Origin: Laetmonice hystrix | Taxonomy: Eukaryota | Assembly (NCBI GenBank): GCA_965235115.1 | Contig: OZ249436.1 | Coordinates: forward strand, 24,058,001 to 24,122,000 | Length of the DNA stretch: 64,000 nt | Reading direction: 5' to 3' | Shown: piece by piece, positions 1-13,268 of the stretch | Numbering within the stretch: position 1 is the stretch's first letter | Layout of the letters: each line of letters begins with the position of its first letter | Notes under the pieces: model-generated | What the model was told of the DNA's origin: nothing | The model's input: only the letters and a program-made list of their open reading frames with translations | Databases searched by the model: none | Translations under genes and position numbers: made by a program

Positions 1-594
1 GGAAATATCTGAGACTTTTAGAAATTATTTGCGTCTTAACTCGCTTATGGGCATGACAAGAAGACAAATGCATTATTACATAAAGAACACACTTTATTTA
101 GGTCAATGCTTTATTTAACAATCTCTGTACGCAACCTCTTGGTCTTCATCGATATCCTTATTATATACAGAGCGAATGACCGTACATTTCGCCATCTAGC
201 TATCGAAGCTCCCAATCTATAAGGGAAAACGTTGTTTACAAACAAAGCTGCGCGTCACGTGCATGCACGACTCTCGCAGGGCAAGACAGCTTCCGGTACA
301 CAACATCAACAAACCAAACGTCGAAGAGACTGCTCACGGACCCGTCTGCTTAAATGTTGCTGGTTAGATTACACACGGTCACCTATGCTGTCTGTCAGCA
401 GGCATGTAGCAGGTCTAAAGATTAGCTAACACTTATTGTAGCTACCGCAACTCATATAATAGACGGACGTGAAGTTTAATACTGATGGGTTTATTTTGAA
501 GCGCAACACGAGTACATCATGGATGTAGAAACTTCTTGATAAAGACCACAGTAAACCTGTAAGGACAAGACAACTGTCTTAGTTATCAGTTTAC

Positions 595-822
595 TACTAC
601 GTCATCCCGCGGGCACACGAACGCGCACCGCTGGATGCTAGGTGGGACACCCCCCGGGAGGTCACGTGCATTAGGGGAGCTGTGGTGTGGTGCCGGCCAA
701 AGGACGGAGGACCGGTGCGGTCCTACAACTGGCAGCACCCACGACGAGTTGAGCGGGAGCTACCGTGGGATACCATTCAACCACGGGTCAGTAGGGCATC
801 GAGGGCGCCAGTGCTCCTCTGA
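595..822 (+). pseudogene. C-terminal fragment of Gypsy integrase (GPY/F-like region), 5' truncated
   Basis: Manual translation gives YYVIPRAHERAPLDARWDTPREVTCIRGAVVWCRPKDGGPVRSYNWQHPRRV, resembling the KLxxxWxGPYxV integrase tail. It lies just upstream of env, PPT and LTR; GC content rises abruptly near 600. Confidence 0.55.
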
Positions 823-994
823 CCGCCCAGTCAACCCGGATGCCCTGCATTCCCCCCGCCCCAGCAACCACTCAGTTGGTTCCGGCTGACGACAGCCAAA
901 TGGACACGGCTGACCCGGAGGTCGGCCGTGGTATTAAGAGACCCACGGGAGAGGGACCTGTCACTCGACTACAGGCTAAGCGCGCACAACAATC

Positions 995-2613
995 ATGCAG
1001 CTACCTCTCTACGTTCTGGTGGCCTGCGCCATAGCCAATGGCGCATCGGTCAACCGCACGGCTATTCCTAACGGGGTAACCGTGGAAAAGCTGGCGGACG
1101 TCTGGCCCCTGTCTGCGAAGTGGAATGTGTTTATTATGATCGACGCACCGGAGGCTCCTCCAATGCGCAGGTGGGTGGCCGCGGCAAGGATGGCCATGGC
1201 GAAGCGGGCGTCGATGCTGCGGGCCGTGGACCGGATCGGCTTGGAGGCGCGAGTGGCCGCATTGGACCTGGGCGGGGGCGGCCGGCCCCGCACTGGTCCA
1301 GGGCGGACCAGGCAGCGTCGCGGGCTGGTCAACGTCATCGGTGACCTGGCATCGGCCCTGTTCGGGACAGCCACCCAAGCGGAGGTGGACCAACTCCGGC
1401 TACGGAGGCAGTGCAGCAGGTATTGTACCACAATCAGGAGGTGATGGCGAGTGTCATCAACGCCACAAGGCAGTACCTGCAGCAAAACCAGCAGGACATG
1501 CTTCTCCTACAGAACCAGACGGACCAGCTAGAAGCGACGTTAGTGGGCTTGACGGGCAGAGTTCGAGCACTTGCAGGCCGAGTGAACACTCTGTACCTAA
1601 CACGCGACTTGAATCGGTGGGTCGACCAGCTGGAAGCAATATCGTCCGGCTACACTCGACAGTATGACCACTTCAGGGTGGTGCGGCTGCACCTACAAGG
1701 GGGCCGGCTGTCAGAGTACATCGTACCCCGGGCACACCTGCTTGGGATCGTCCAGGCGTTACAGCGTCACGCGCACGTAATGCACCTGGACTGGTACTAC
1801 GCGTTCACGCCAGTGAAGGTGTTGTGGGACCGGGAAGATCGCCTGGTGGCGGCCGCAGAAATCTGGGCCGGCCAGGCAGAGGAATTTCAACTGTGGCGAT
1901 TGACGGCGTACCCAGTGGCTATGGCGGGAGCATTGATCAAGCTCCAGGTGCGCCCCCTGGTGGCCGTCAATGTGAGGCGAACGGAGGCGTTCGAGGCGCG
2001 CTCCTGTCGAGGAGGCGCTACCTGTCTGTGCGACGGGCGTGTGAGGACCAGCCGGTCCTGCGAACTGGACCTAGTGAGTGGGGTTACTCCCCGGTGCGAT
2101 ATGGAGGCCGCTGCGCCTTCCGCATCACTGGGAGTTTGGTGGCTTCATAAGGGCAGGTGGCTGCTCTCCGCCAGTAACCTCACCAAAGTAACAGTTAATT
2201 GTATGGGGACGATCCCCGAGAAACTTTGGGTAGACAGCGTTGAAATGTGGCAGCTAGCGGAAGGATGCCAGCTGGAATGGGGAGGATCACGCACCTCCAC
2301 GGTAGCATCACGCTACTCCAGGCTGGCCTACCACTACGACATCTTTGTGGCGCCCAACGTGACATTAGTGCTCCCCGAGCACATCGTTGAACAATTGCCC
2401 GAACGCATTAGGCTGAGTGGTGGGGTCAGGATCCCAGCGGGGGACCTGACCCTCAGACCGCTACCGTCCCGTGGCGTCCTGGGGCCCCCTCAGCATTGGC
2501 ACGTGGGCCTGGTCGTGGGCGTGGTCCTGTTGGGCGCCCTGGCCGGGCTAGGGTGGCGGAGAAGAAGGACGTGGACAAGCCGATGTCATTACACGCGATG
2601 GCTTCTACCATAG
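995..2613 (+). pseudogene. env: Envelope (F-type, class I fusion-like) gene of an LTR retroelement, one frameshift near 1400-1411
   Basis: Signal peptide MQLPLYVLVACAIANG; furin-type site RTRQRR followed by fusion-peptide-like GLVNVIGDLASALFGTAT; heptad region; Cys-rich domain; C-terminal TM VGLVVGVVLLGALAGLGW then RRRR. Split over ORFs 995..1444 and 1411..2613. Confidence 0.85.
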
Positions 2614-2676
2614 AATAGATCGAAAATGGACATACAATAGATTGAGAATGGACTTCAATCTTTACGGGGGGAGGTA

Positions 2677-3508
2677 TGTTGCGGCTAGGCTTCGCTGCCG
2701 CTGGACATTTAATATAGTTGGCCTCCCCCGTATATATGTGTATATCTATATGTTATTACTGTAAACCTTATTATCTCTGGATGTTAGTATAGCTGAATCC
2801 TTGTTCCCGTTTATATTCCCTTAAGGATGGGCGGCTTGGATGTTATGTATATATTTAATCATGTAGTTGCTGGAGTATTGGGTTCCCTTAAGTCGGATGT
2901 GGGTACGGGCTGGATCCGGGGATGCTCGGGCCGTCACCTCCCAAGTTGTATAACGGTTGTATCGATACCGTTGTCATGGTGAGATGACACCGGCACGTAC
3001 CCAGCATCTTCCGTCCATGTTGGCCTCCATGGCGGACCCCCAGCTGGGCGGGCGGTGTCACTAGGAGCCGCGGGATCCGGACACTGACCGACCGGTGACA
3101 CGATGTCATCTTGTGGGTCCGTGTCGGTGACCGCAGCCTCCGGGTCCACTGCTGGCAGAGCGGAGGGGGTGGAGTTCCTGGCCGGAACGCTGACACGGAC
3201 GGCGTTTCGTATATATAGGGGCACCGAATATTCACTACTTCACTCATCTGGACTTATTGACGACTTCACTTATTGGCTTAGTCACTTAGTAATCAGCCGG
3301 TTTCTCAGTCTTGTCAGTTAGCATGAGGTTCAGCCTCTAGGCTAGTAGAGTATCCCGCGATACTCTATATCATGTATCATGTCTGACAATACAATTATCA
3401 TCACTGCCAGCCGTCGTTGACTTATCTTCACTGGGGTACATTGTACGGTAAGTCCCCCCGTCTCCCTCCTACCTACGACCGCCGCCTCTCCAGGGTGGGT
3501 CCACAACA
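2677..3508 (+). mobile_element. 3' LTR of the env-bearing Gypsy element
   Basis: TGTTG...CAACA termini; preceded by polypurine tract GGGGGGAGG (2666-2674); near-identical copy at 32517-33237. Confidence 0.9.
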
Positions 3509-4399
3509 ATGTGTTACGTAATAAATGATAGTACTTATTGGTAAGATGACTTAGAATTTTGCTAAGATACTTATTCTGTAATACTGGCTTAGATTTATTT
3601 AGTTCTCACAACACCTGAGCATCAACTAGGCTAATCTGCAGGCAACACGACAAAGCAGGTAGTAGAGGTACCAAATTCGCAATTATTACAAGGGGTGACA
3701 GTTAACTGAGTGATCATTTGTTCACATACCTCTATAGTCCTCCATGAGCCACAGAGCTGATACATCTTGTTCACAAACCTTGCTTGCCTTAACTGTACCA
3801 TTCAACACAGGCCACTAACTCCTCAGATTCGCAACTCATGTAGCCTGAGTCTCCTCTTCACTGTCGTAACTCACAAGCATTCCTTAGTCAGTAACCAGCA
3901 TAGATCTCCTGACATGTCACCTTTGTACAGGTTAAAAACTCATCCTTTTACCAGATCTTGCTTCACACGTGGCTTCATGTTGGCTTCTTTTGGCTCTTCT
4001 CCCCAGAATGAGACCTTGCAGTTTCCTTCTACAGGGTTTAAAATATATGCTACTTCTAGTGATTCAAAGCTAAATTAAGAAATACAAATTAGGCTCATAC
4101 TCAGAGTGAAAACATTGATTCAAGACAGGGGAAAGATCCCCTTGACCCCTACCCCTAACCTTGACCTTACATATAAACATCAGAATGACTAGACTCGACA
4201 GAAAGTTAGTTAAGGCTAACATTATCGGCTGATACACTTAAATACAGGGAATACACTCAAATAGTGTTGCAGTGCTATTAAAATGTTCCTTATAGTGTTG
4301 TGGAGAGCTCCCAGGTATGTTTGTAGCATGAAACTTGCTGAAATGTGCTAACTCGCTCTATTATCACCCATGGTGACAAGGCTGCTGGTGCAAGCCGGC

Positions 4400-4681
4400 A
4401 CGGTCCCAGGATGTTTCGAGCGTGGACCGGTTCGAGGGCGAACCAGTTGAGCAGGGCGCCACCGGCGGAGCCGCCCATGTGCTACGCCCGCCCGTCCATA
4501 GGTTATTATGGGCTTGTCGCAATATGAATAACAGCCTAGTATCATCGTACAAAAGATAGGATACAATTCTTGGCAACTTCTCTGAGAACCGAAGTTGTGA
4601 AATACAGGGCGAGTTGTGAAATAGTCGCGCTCGAAGTGGTCGGCGCTCGAACTGGTCCGCGCTCGAAATGTCCAGACACCG
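4400..4681. mobile_element. Small MITE-like element with imperfect inverted ends
   Basis: CGGTCCCAGGATGTTTCGAGCGTGGACCGGTTCGAG pairs imperfectly with CTCGAACTGGTCCGCGCTCGAAATGTCCAGACACCG; no clear TSD. Confidence 0.45.
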
Positions 4682-6929
4682 CTGGCACACTTATATAGGC
4701 CTAGTAGTTGTAGCGTGTGAAATTGTAACTTTTAATTACTTAGTCGTCAAATAATCGGAGCCTAGGCCTAACGTAGGCCTAACGTTAGCCATAACGTCGT
4801 TAGGCATAATAATGATACTGAGTGATAGACGTCTATATCTATGTCCAGCCGAGCTCGGCCTAACGTTCAGTCTGGGTTAGATAATGGCAATTTGGCTAGA
4901 CTCTATCTTTCGGGTTTAATCTTGCGTCATTCGCCACTAGGTCACAATGTGGCCTAACTTAACAGACTCAGGGGGTAAACGCCCAGATACACAGATACGG
5001 CTGATTTTCCTCCTCGACCATCCTAATCCAGAGTCTGCTAGCCTGGAGTAGATGGTAGGAACTACATCGTAGATCCTCTACAACTAGTGAGTAGTGCTAG
5101 GCCCAGTAGATCTACTTGTAAATTTAGCCCAAACTAGGCTAAACCGTAGCTGAGGTGTACTTCTAGTTCTGCAGCCAAGCCTGGCCTAGGCTAGGCTACT
5201 ATCTACACATCCTTGTTGTAGGCCTACCGGTACTAGAGTGAATGCTACGAGTAGACAATAAGCCAGCAGGAAGGGTAACCTGATGTAGTGACCAGTTGTG
5301 TGACAAAGTCAACAGCACTAAGGTCAGCCTAAGCAGCATTCAGTGATTGCAAATAGTAGGTTCAGAGAAAGAGATGCAGTATTCATCATGCAGTATAGAC
5401 GTCATATAGTTAAATGAGTAAAACTGTAAAATGGTTTCAACTTCAAAAGCTAATAGGGCTAGTAAAGGATACTTATAGTACTAGTACTGAGGTTAATGCT
5501 ATAAATTAGGTGTATTGTATACAAATTGTCAAAGTTCATATCAAAAAAGCAGATGTTTACTTTCTTTTATTTCTCTAATTCCAACATGTATTCAGTAGGA
5601 ATCGGAAGTGAACAGGTATGCCCCTCTCAATATGTCAAGTCCTTGGAGGAGGCTGATTAGCAGCGATGCAACTTGATAAGCTGTGTGTATACTAAATGTT
5701 GCTGGATCCAAACAACTAAGTAGGCCTATTCCTGATCCTTACACATTAACATCAGGTTGGCTGGAAGATCCCCAGAGCATTCCTCCTCCTATCCAGCTAT
5801 TTATCTAATATTAGTAATAATACACCTGGGCCATTCACTGGTGAGTCTCTTCAAGCATATAATTACAAGTCTTTAGTTTAGATTCATACAATTATTTTAT
5901 TGGTCCTATTTTATTTCTGGTCACGTCAAGGATGTCAAGAATAGGCCTACATAAAATATCTGAGTGTTCCCCTGTTAAAGGCTCGGTCAAGCCTAGGCAG
6001 CGAATGTCAGATGGTGCTTTTTAACAAGTTCTTGAGAAGAAACGGGGCTATATTTGCAGTGCACATTGTACCTGCATGGCAGGACTGGGTGAGGTGTGCA
6101 GCCTGCAGGTGCTATTCTTTTTGCTGTGGAAGCTATCACAAGCCTGAGATTAACAGGCCAACGGTCGTTTCGTTTCGTTCGCCTATTGGTTACCTAAAAT
6201 AACAAATAGGCAAACGAAAAATGGGTTAAACAAATTTGCCTTAATCTCAGGCCTTGAATTCTAAGGGGTGGGGGTGAATGGTATGGAAGCCGAGAATGCT
6301 ACCCTCAAAAAAAAAAAAAAACTCATGAGAAAAGAATTTGCAAAAAAAAAAAATCAGGGGAAAAAATTTGTTCATTCTGTTTCTACAGATCGCGCGAGAA
6401 GAGAAATCGCGAGAAATCACGAGAGTTGGCCGTATGGGCGCCGCCATCTTTCTCACGGTCGCCCGAACAAGTGGCCAGGTCTGTCAGCGGCCATGAACGA
6501 GGAGGACCGGTCCGCCCCGCTGGGTCTGTTGCCGGGCCTCGGTGGAACAGCCGCCCGGCGCCCGAGGGCAAGCTACGCCGGGCGTGAGTAGTCCGTTCGA
6601 TCCTGTCTGACTCTGATAGATATAGAGTCCAAAACTGCGTTGATAAGGCAGGCCTAAATTATAAAATATGATCAAATATAACATCTCTTTTAGATGCATA
6701 TAGGCCCCTAGATAATGATATCTGGATTCAGTCCTTATTATATGGTAGGCCTAATAGATCTATTCTAGGCCTACAAAATTCATTTCTGCTCATAGCACAT
6801 GTGACTCGATCACTGACAGTCCAGTTCTATGGACAGTCACTGTCAGAGATAGGCCTAGGCCTAGCTATGTGCGACAGTAGCATAATTTTAAAATCTAATG
6901 CTTCTGTTGATGAGTACAAACTAGATTCT

Positions 6930-8718
6930 AGACTCAATACCAAATCGCAGGTTGAAGACCTGTTACGAGAGGACGGCTCCCGCGCCACAACTGATAGGGA
7001 AAAAGTAACAACGCTTAATGAATTTTTTAGCAGCGTATTCACAGCAGAGGACAAATCCGCAGTACCCGACCTGGCCAAAAACTTCACAGGAGCACACCTC
7101 AACGACATAGCGATCAACGAAGACACAGTTCGAAGAAAGATCCGTAACCTAAACCCGTGTAAGTCCCCCGGCCCAGATGGACTGCACCCTAGGATTCTAG
7201 GGGAAGTAGCTGATCAGCTTGCTCACCCCCTGACCATCCTCTACCAGAAATCAATTGACGAAGGCTTCTTGCCTGCAAGTTGGAAGGAGGGACACGTCAT
7301 CCCTATCCATAAAAAAGGTAGTAGATCACGGGCCAGTAACTACAGACCTATTAGCCTCACATCCATAATGGCAAAAGTGCTAGAGTCAGTCATCCGGGAC
7401 GAAATAGTTAACCACATGACCAGAAACTACCTATTTGCGGACGAGCAACACGGCTTTGTTCCAAAACGTTCCTGTATGACCCAGCTCTTAACAGTGTTAG
7501 AGGAATGGTCCTTGTCCATCCAGTACGACCCTGTGGATGTTATCTACCTGGATTTCAGCAAGGCGTTCGACTCTGTGCCCCACAAGCGGCTAATGAAAAA
7601 GCTTGGATCCTACGGAATCCATGGCAAATTAAACCATTGGATTGAGGAGTTTATCTTTGGACGGAGGCAGCGTGTCGCTCTTGGCAAAGTAAAATCTGAC
7701 TGGGCCCCTGTATTAAGTGGGATACCGCAAGGATCAGTCTTAGGACCGACGTTGTTCGTCATCTACATTAACGATCTTCCGGAGGTGGTGGAAAGCAGGT
7801 GTAAGCTTTTTGCTGATGACACGAAACTATACCGACAAGTCAGCAACCCAGCTGACAGAGAAGTACTACAAAAAGACTTAGAAAGACTGGAGGCCTGGTC
7901 CGACAAATGGCTGATGCCCTTCAATGCAAACAAATGCAAAAGCTTACATCTTGGGAAGTCAAATAACAAGGCACAATACTCAATGAGAGGGTCTCCTATC
8001 AGCCAGATGGACCAGGAAAAAGATTTAGGTGTCATCATTGACAGTCAACTCAAATTTCACACTCACACGTCAGCTGCCATCAACAAAGCATCAAGTATAC
8101 TGGCACTGATAAAAAAATCCTTTATTCTCCTGGACAGCACTACACTTCCATTATTGTACAAATCTCTGGTCTGCCCCCATCTGGAGTATGGAAATGTCAT
8201 CTGGGGCCCCCACTCCTGTTTGGATCAGCAAGCCGTTGAAAAAATCCAAAGACGAGCGACAAAATTAGTGCCCACTATCCAACACCTGCCTTACGTACAG
8301 AGACTAGAATTCCTAGAACTACCATCCCTGTACTACAGGAGGAGAAGGGGTGACATGATCACCGTATTTAAGATCTTATCGGATAGAAGCCGCGTCGACA
8401 AAAACAAACTCTTCCCTCAAGCGTCAGGACCAACTAGGGGACATAAATGGAAGATTTTTAAAAGTCACGCTGTGTCAGAACTGAGGCAGAGATCCCTAAG
8501 CTTTCGTGCCATCAATGACTGGAACAGCCTGCCTGCTTGTGTAATCGACGCCGACACACTCAACACCTTCAAAAACAGACTGGACAAACACTGGGAGAAC
8601 CATCAGTTCATGTTGCCATAGCTACCACTCGAGCACGCGTATAGTCAAATATAATCATGATCGGGACCAACAGGCTACGCCTTGCTTCCCCGAATACTAC
8701 TACTACTACTACTACTAC
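6930..8718 (+). mobile_element. 5'-truncated CR1-type LINE with uninterrupted RT frame and (TAC)n tail
   Basis: ORF 6801..8621 has SPGPDGLHPRIL, NYRPISLTS, QHGF, LDFSKAFDSVPH, GIPQGSVLGP and LFADD; no endonuclease domain; ends in (TAC)8 at 8695-8718. 5' boundary approximate. Confidence 0.9.
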
Positions 8719-10799
8719 AAACCAGTTCATGTTAAGGTTCACTATTTTCGGGTCGTATTGACCAATTTTATTGATGTAGATCCAGTGGCGGCTCCAGGAG
8801 GGTGCAGGGGGTGCGCACCCTCCATCTCGCCTCAAGTGCCCCTTTCTCTCCCCCCCCCCCCCCCGCCAGTGCCCTTTTTTACTTTTACGAAAGATTTGTA
8901 AAATTTAAATTTCCAATTGTTTAGGCCTATTTTAGCCCTAAAGGCTGTCTATATATCGCGTATTTGGCACTGTAGGCCTAATTGTAATTTTTTTCTGGGA
9001 GAGAGCCCCAGACCCCCCCCCCCCCCAGCTTTCGGCGCCTGCATCATGGAGGACACCCCCTTTACCAAATTCCTGGGGCGGGTTGCACTAACAGTCCTAC
9101 GAGTTAGGACTGAATATAGGCCTTGGCCTAGGACCAGTCGTACTGAGTGTCATGCCCCCCAGGCACTTCATATCTAGACTCTATCCGAGTTTCAATAGCC
9201 TTTGAGATATAGCCTAAAGTTGATGAATTACATTTTAAATTATGGATATTGACCTCTGTTGAATGTAGGACTGGTCCTAAATTCAGTCCTAACCCGTAGG
9301 ATAACTAGGCTAGGCCTACGGCCCTTAGCTGTTATGTGCATAGGCCATATTCAGCGTGTGCTAAGTTGTAAGTTGTATCCATTGACTTATTTACAGAGTG
9401 GCTCTTTAGTGTTTATACAGTGTGAAGAATACACCATTATAGCTGGCTATGCTATTGATAATAAAACACAATATTTCTCATGGAAATCTGGATATTCATC
9501 ATTTTCATGGAAATGACCAAATGAAACTTCATATGTGACGTCATATCCGTCAATAATACTAGTAACTATGGGTTATTGTTCCCCATTATCAAGATATGAG
9601 CCAAAACAGTGACATTGTGGGGTCAAAATACAAATATGGCTGCCACGTCGCCATTTTGAATGTGAATTGAAAATACTCTGCAATGCATATTGGACATCAT
9701 TATGCCTCCTCTCTGGGCCAGTTTTGAAAGAAATAATTTTGAATGATATCAAAACTCTGTTTGACTTGCATGGTCCTCAGAGATGCCAAGTTATTGGTCC
9801 CTGAAAGAGTGAGATTCCAAGTACTCTTGGCGTGTCACACCTGCCTTCGGCCACCATCATAATTTACAAATTTTTGAAAATCAGTCACTAAATAGTGCAT
9901 TTTGGGGATATTTCCTGCTCAAAATGGTGCCTGGGTTTTAGGCCTACTCACAAAAAATGCCCCTTTAACCTTCTTTAAGTGACTTGAAACAAAATTCCTT
10001 TCTGCTCTGGACAAAGGTGACGTTGGTAACGTGCATGGCTAGGGATAAGGCAGAATGCGTGAGATTTATGGCCCTTGGAGTGAGAGCGGGAGTAAAGGGC
10101 CAAATGTGTGAGTCTCACGCTTAATGCGTGAGACTTGGCATGTCTGGGTCCTCTGATGATCCCTGATCATTGTGTAATGTTTAAAAGAAATTGACATTCT
10201 GAAAAAGGGCTGTCTATGGACGACGGAGGGTGACTTAATAGCCCACGCCCCTTCAGGTCGGGGCTAAAAATTCATGCCTCCTCAGGTTGGGGTCTTGGCA
10301 TGTGTATACTATACTGAAGCATACTCAAGAACAAGGACAGTAGCAGCTCAATAAAGTGTCATACTTAAAGTGCAACTGACATCACATAGGTAACTTTACT
10401 GATCTAGATAGATCACTTTGAGTTGTAGCCGTATCCCTGATAGGTTTTCTGAGAAGTCCTCTCAATTTAGAAAAATATTGAAAATTCGAATGTCGCGCCT
10501 CATCACAGTCTCACTCCTGCCTATTCTTTACCATTGCCCCTGATGACGTCACTAGGGGAATTGGTCTTTAAAACGGCTTACACACAGTTCATATTCTTGT
10601 ACAATAACCGCTCCTTTAAGTTAAACAACAACAAATTACATGTATCATCAGGATCTGGCACTAAATTTTATGTAAATTTTGATGTCTGTTGGACTTTAAC
10701 ATAGGCCTATAGGAACACTCTTACAGATTTAATTTGCAGAGGCTTTAAGGAAAAGAACATTCTAAATGCTCCAAGTATAACATTTCAGTACCAACTTAC

Positions 10800-10941
10800 A
10801 ATGTAAAGACCTTTCCCCATTCTGGCGACAGGGTTTTGTATTCTGTCTGTGTCTGTAGACGGGCATTGACAAGTTCAAGGACACAGAAGGGGTCACTTTT
10901 TCCTCCTATATCAGCTGCAGCCAGACCTTGACCTTTAATCA
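10800..10941 (-). CDS. MCTP: MCTP exon, third C2 domain (C2C) N-terminal part
   Basis: tttcag/gtaagt boundaries; encodes (V)[47 protein letters not shown]; phase matches exon 31541-31595. Confidence 0.9.
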
Positions 10942-11649
10942 CTGAAATGAGACAATCTGTCCATTAATAACAACAGCAACCGAAATTATAATCACTGTGA
11001 CATGGGGTCAAGCTTGATGTAGCCTATAGTATCAGAGCCTGAACCAAGAAAGTAACGAATTCAACATCTTATTCAGTGCTTCACTGAGCTCACCCAGTGC
11101 TCTGCGATTGGTTATGCAGTTAGAAAACTCTTTCAAGGTGGTGGTATAAAGCATAGAACTCGAGAAGACTGGAATGCCAACTTCAAATCTCGCTGGTTAA
11201 GGTTGTGACGCGCATGCGCTGCAGGAGTTGAGGAGGTGTTCTTCCGGTGTTGTTAATGCTTGGGATGCTTGCTGGCGCGAATGTCGAAGTTGCCGCGTGA
11301 AAACTATTGATTGTGTGTTTCTACACACATCTGCTGAATTGTCGCACTGCTCTTGTGATGATATTTATTAGATTTACTTATAATATCGCTCAGCTCGGCC
11401 GGGTCCTGTCAGTGTCAAAACAACTGCACATAAAATATTTAATATTATAGCCTAACTCAACTGTAAGCAGGGGCGGGATTTTGCAACTAGTTATGTTACA
11501 AAACACGTCAGCTTTGTGTTTGGCAGAATTCTGCCGGCAGGTGGACGTAGCCGGTAGAATAGCTGTTCTAACTTCTAGGCTTCTTGCCATCTGCAGTCAG
11601 AATATAACTTGCCGTTTTTTTAAAACTTCATCAAATAGCTTTACGTCTC

Positions 11650-13268
11650 CCCAGCGGGCACACCACGTGGAAACCACGAGGATAACTGGTGAAAAAACAG
11701 TGGATTGGTGGATCCACCAGAAATCCACTAGTTTTCACGTCGTTTCCGCGCGGATTTATAACGGGGAATTTGGTTTCAGTATCACGTTGAAAACACGTGG
11801 CTTTCTGGTAGAAAAGGTGATGTCCATCATTTTTGCCAGTTGGGGAAATTTGGTTTCAGTATCACGTTGAAAAGACGTGGCTTTCTGGTGGAAAAGGTGA
11901 TGTCCATCATTTTTGCCAGTTGGGGAAATTTGGTTTCAGTATCACGTTGAAAACACGTGGCTTTCTGGTGGAAAAGGTGATGTCCATCATTTTTGCCAGC
12001 TTGGGGAAATTTGGTTTCAGAATCACGTTGAAAACACGTGGATATGTACACGTGGAAATGATTGGTGTATGTTCTCGTGGAATACACCTGGATATCTGTG
12101 TCCCATAGAAAGACAAAGTTATATTAAAATATGTAAATGTCTACAAAAGAAAAACTGGCTAGCTCTGTACGACGATTCACTTTGAGAAAGAGCCTTTGTA
12201 CTGGCAACTGGCTCAATCGTAGCCAACTCGTCAGCTCTGTGCGTATACAGAGCTGACGCTACGATGGCGGAAAAATCTAATGAATTTGTTATATTGCAAT
12301 CTTTAAAGCAAAAAATATATCAAAAAGTTAGGAACTTTGCTTAGCGTTGCGGTGGTGTAAATCTAGAGGTTTTCTGGACGATTTCTTTTTTCTAGCGAAA
12401 TGCCCCCATTACCTTATGGGTGCTATCACTGAAAACCCCGAGCGTTAGCGAAGGAAATGGTAAATGTTCTGAATTTACAAATTGATAAAAAATACGAGAC
12501 AAAGTAGAGCATTTATTGAGAGAGAAAAATAATCAACCGAGGGGTGCTATCAATAAACCCCCTCGGTAACGCGCGGTAACACGAGGAAAAACAGGATTCC
12601 AACCGTGCAAGATACAAGCTACAAGCGTAGCCGAATTGGCAGAGACGCGACCCGGTGATCAGCAGGTCCACGGTTCGAGTCCCACCAGTGTCCGGCAGCT
12701 GCGCGAAAAAGCCATAGCTGCATATGAAACCCCACGCACAACACGAACGAAGATTGCTGAAGATGGTGTGTATCATGTGGACACCTGGAGAAATGGAAAA
12801 CTGGGTGATATGACATGGAAAATGACACTTGTCTTTCAAATTACATACAGTTTCCCACCTGCATTCCATGTGTATTCCACAGGAAATCCACGAGTTTTGC
12901 CTGCTGGGTGGTGGGAAACTGGTGGTGAATTCAAGTGATTTTGCCACGTGTATTCAACGTGAAGAAATCACGTGAATTTAGTTTATACATACCACCAGTT
13001 TGCCACGTGATTCCCACGTGGCAAATCCATGTGCATTACACGTGATATCCACGTGCTGTGCCCTGGTGAATTCACATGATTTTTCCACGTGTATTCCACG
13101 TGAAGAAATCACGTGAATTTAGTTTATACATACCACCAGTTTGCCACGTCATTCCCATGTGGCAAATCCACGTGCATTACACATGATTTCCACGTGCTGC
13201 GCCCTGGTGAATTCACATGATTTTTCCACGTGTATTCCACGTGATTTCCACGTGCTGTGCCTGCTGGG
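11650..13268. mobile_element. Non-autonomous TIR element with CCCAG...CTGGG ends and 2-bp TSD (EnSpm/CMC-like)
   Basis: Ends CCCAGCGGGCACA / TGTGCCTGCTGGG. TC duplication is supported by the empty-site copy of the flank near 13470-13680. Internal 80-bp x3.5 and about 141-bp x2 repeats rich in CACGTG. Confidence 0.75.
12624..12692 (+). other. tRNA-derived (SINE-head-like) segment with Pol III A and B boxes
   Basis: A-box-like TAGCCGAATTGG and B-box GGTTCGAGTCC at tRNA-like spacing; no convincing acceptor stem. Confidence 0.5.

Noticed and set aside
2888..3247. Antisense ORFs inside the env-family LTR as real genes
   Set aside because: Short, GC-rich, without recognisable motifs, and disrupted by the indel in the solo LTR copy.
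3790..4030. Next MCTP exon or other coding exon on the minus strand
   Set aside because: The translation (CKVSFWGEEPKEAN...) has several stops and does not resemble the expected VKDIHSVLEVTVYDED continuation, which probably lies outside the window.
6801..6930. N-terminus of the 606-aa RT ORF as genuine protein
   Set aside because: It looks like flanking DNA read through in frame with a 5'-truncated LINE; LINE-like sequence starts only near 6930.
11827..12185. Repetitive small ORFs on both strands
   Set aside because: They arise from the 80-bp tandem repeat, whose unit is not a multiple of three.
12624..12692. Functional tRNA gene
   Set aside because: A and B boxes are present but I could not build a convincing cloverleaf or acceptor stem, and it sits inside a transposon; kept only as tRNA-derived.
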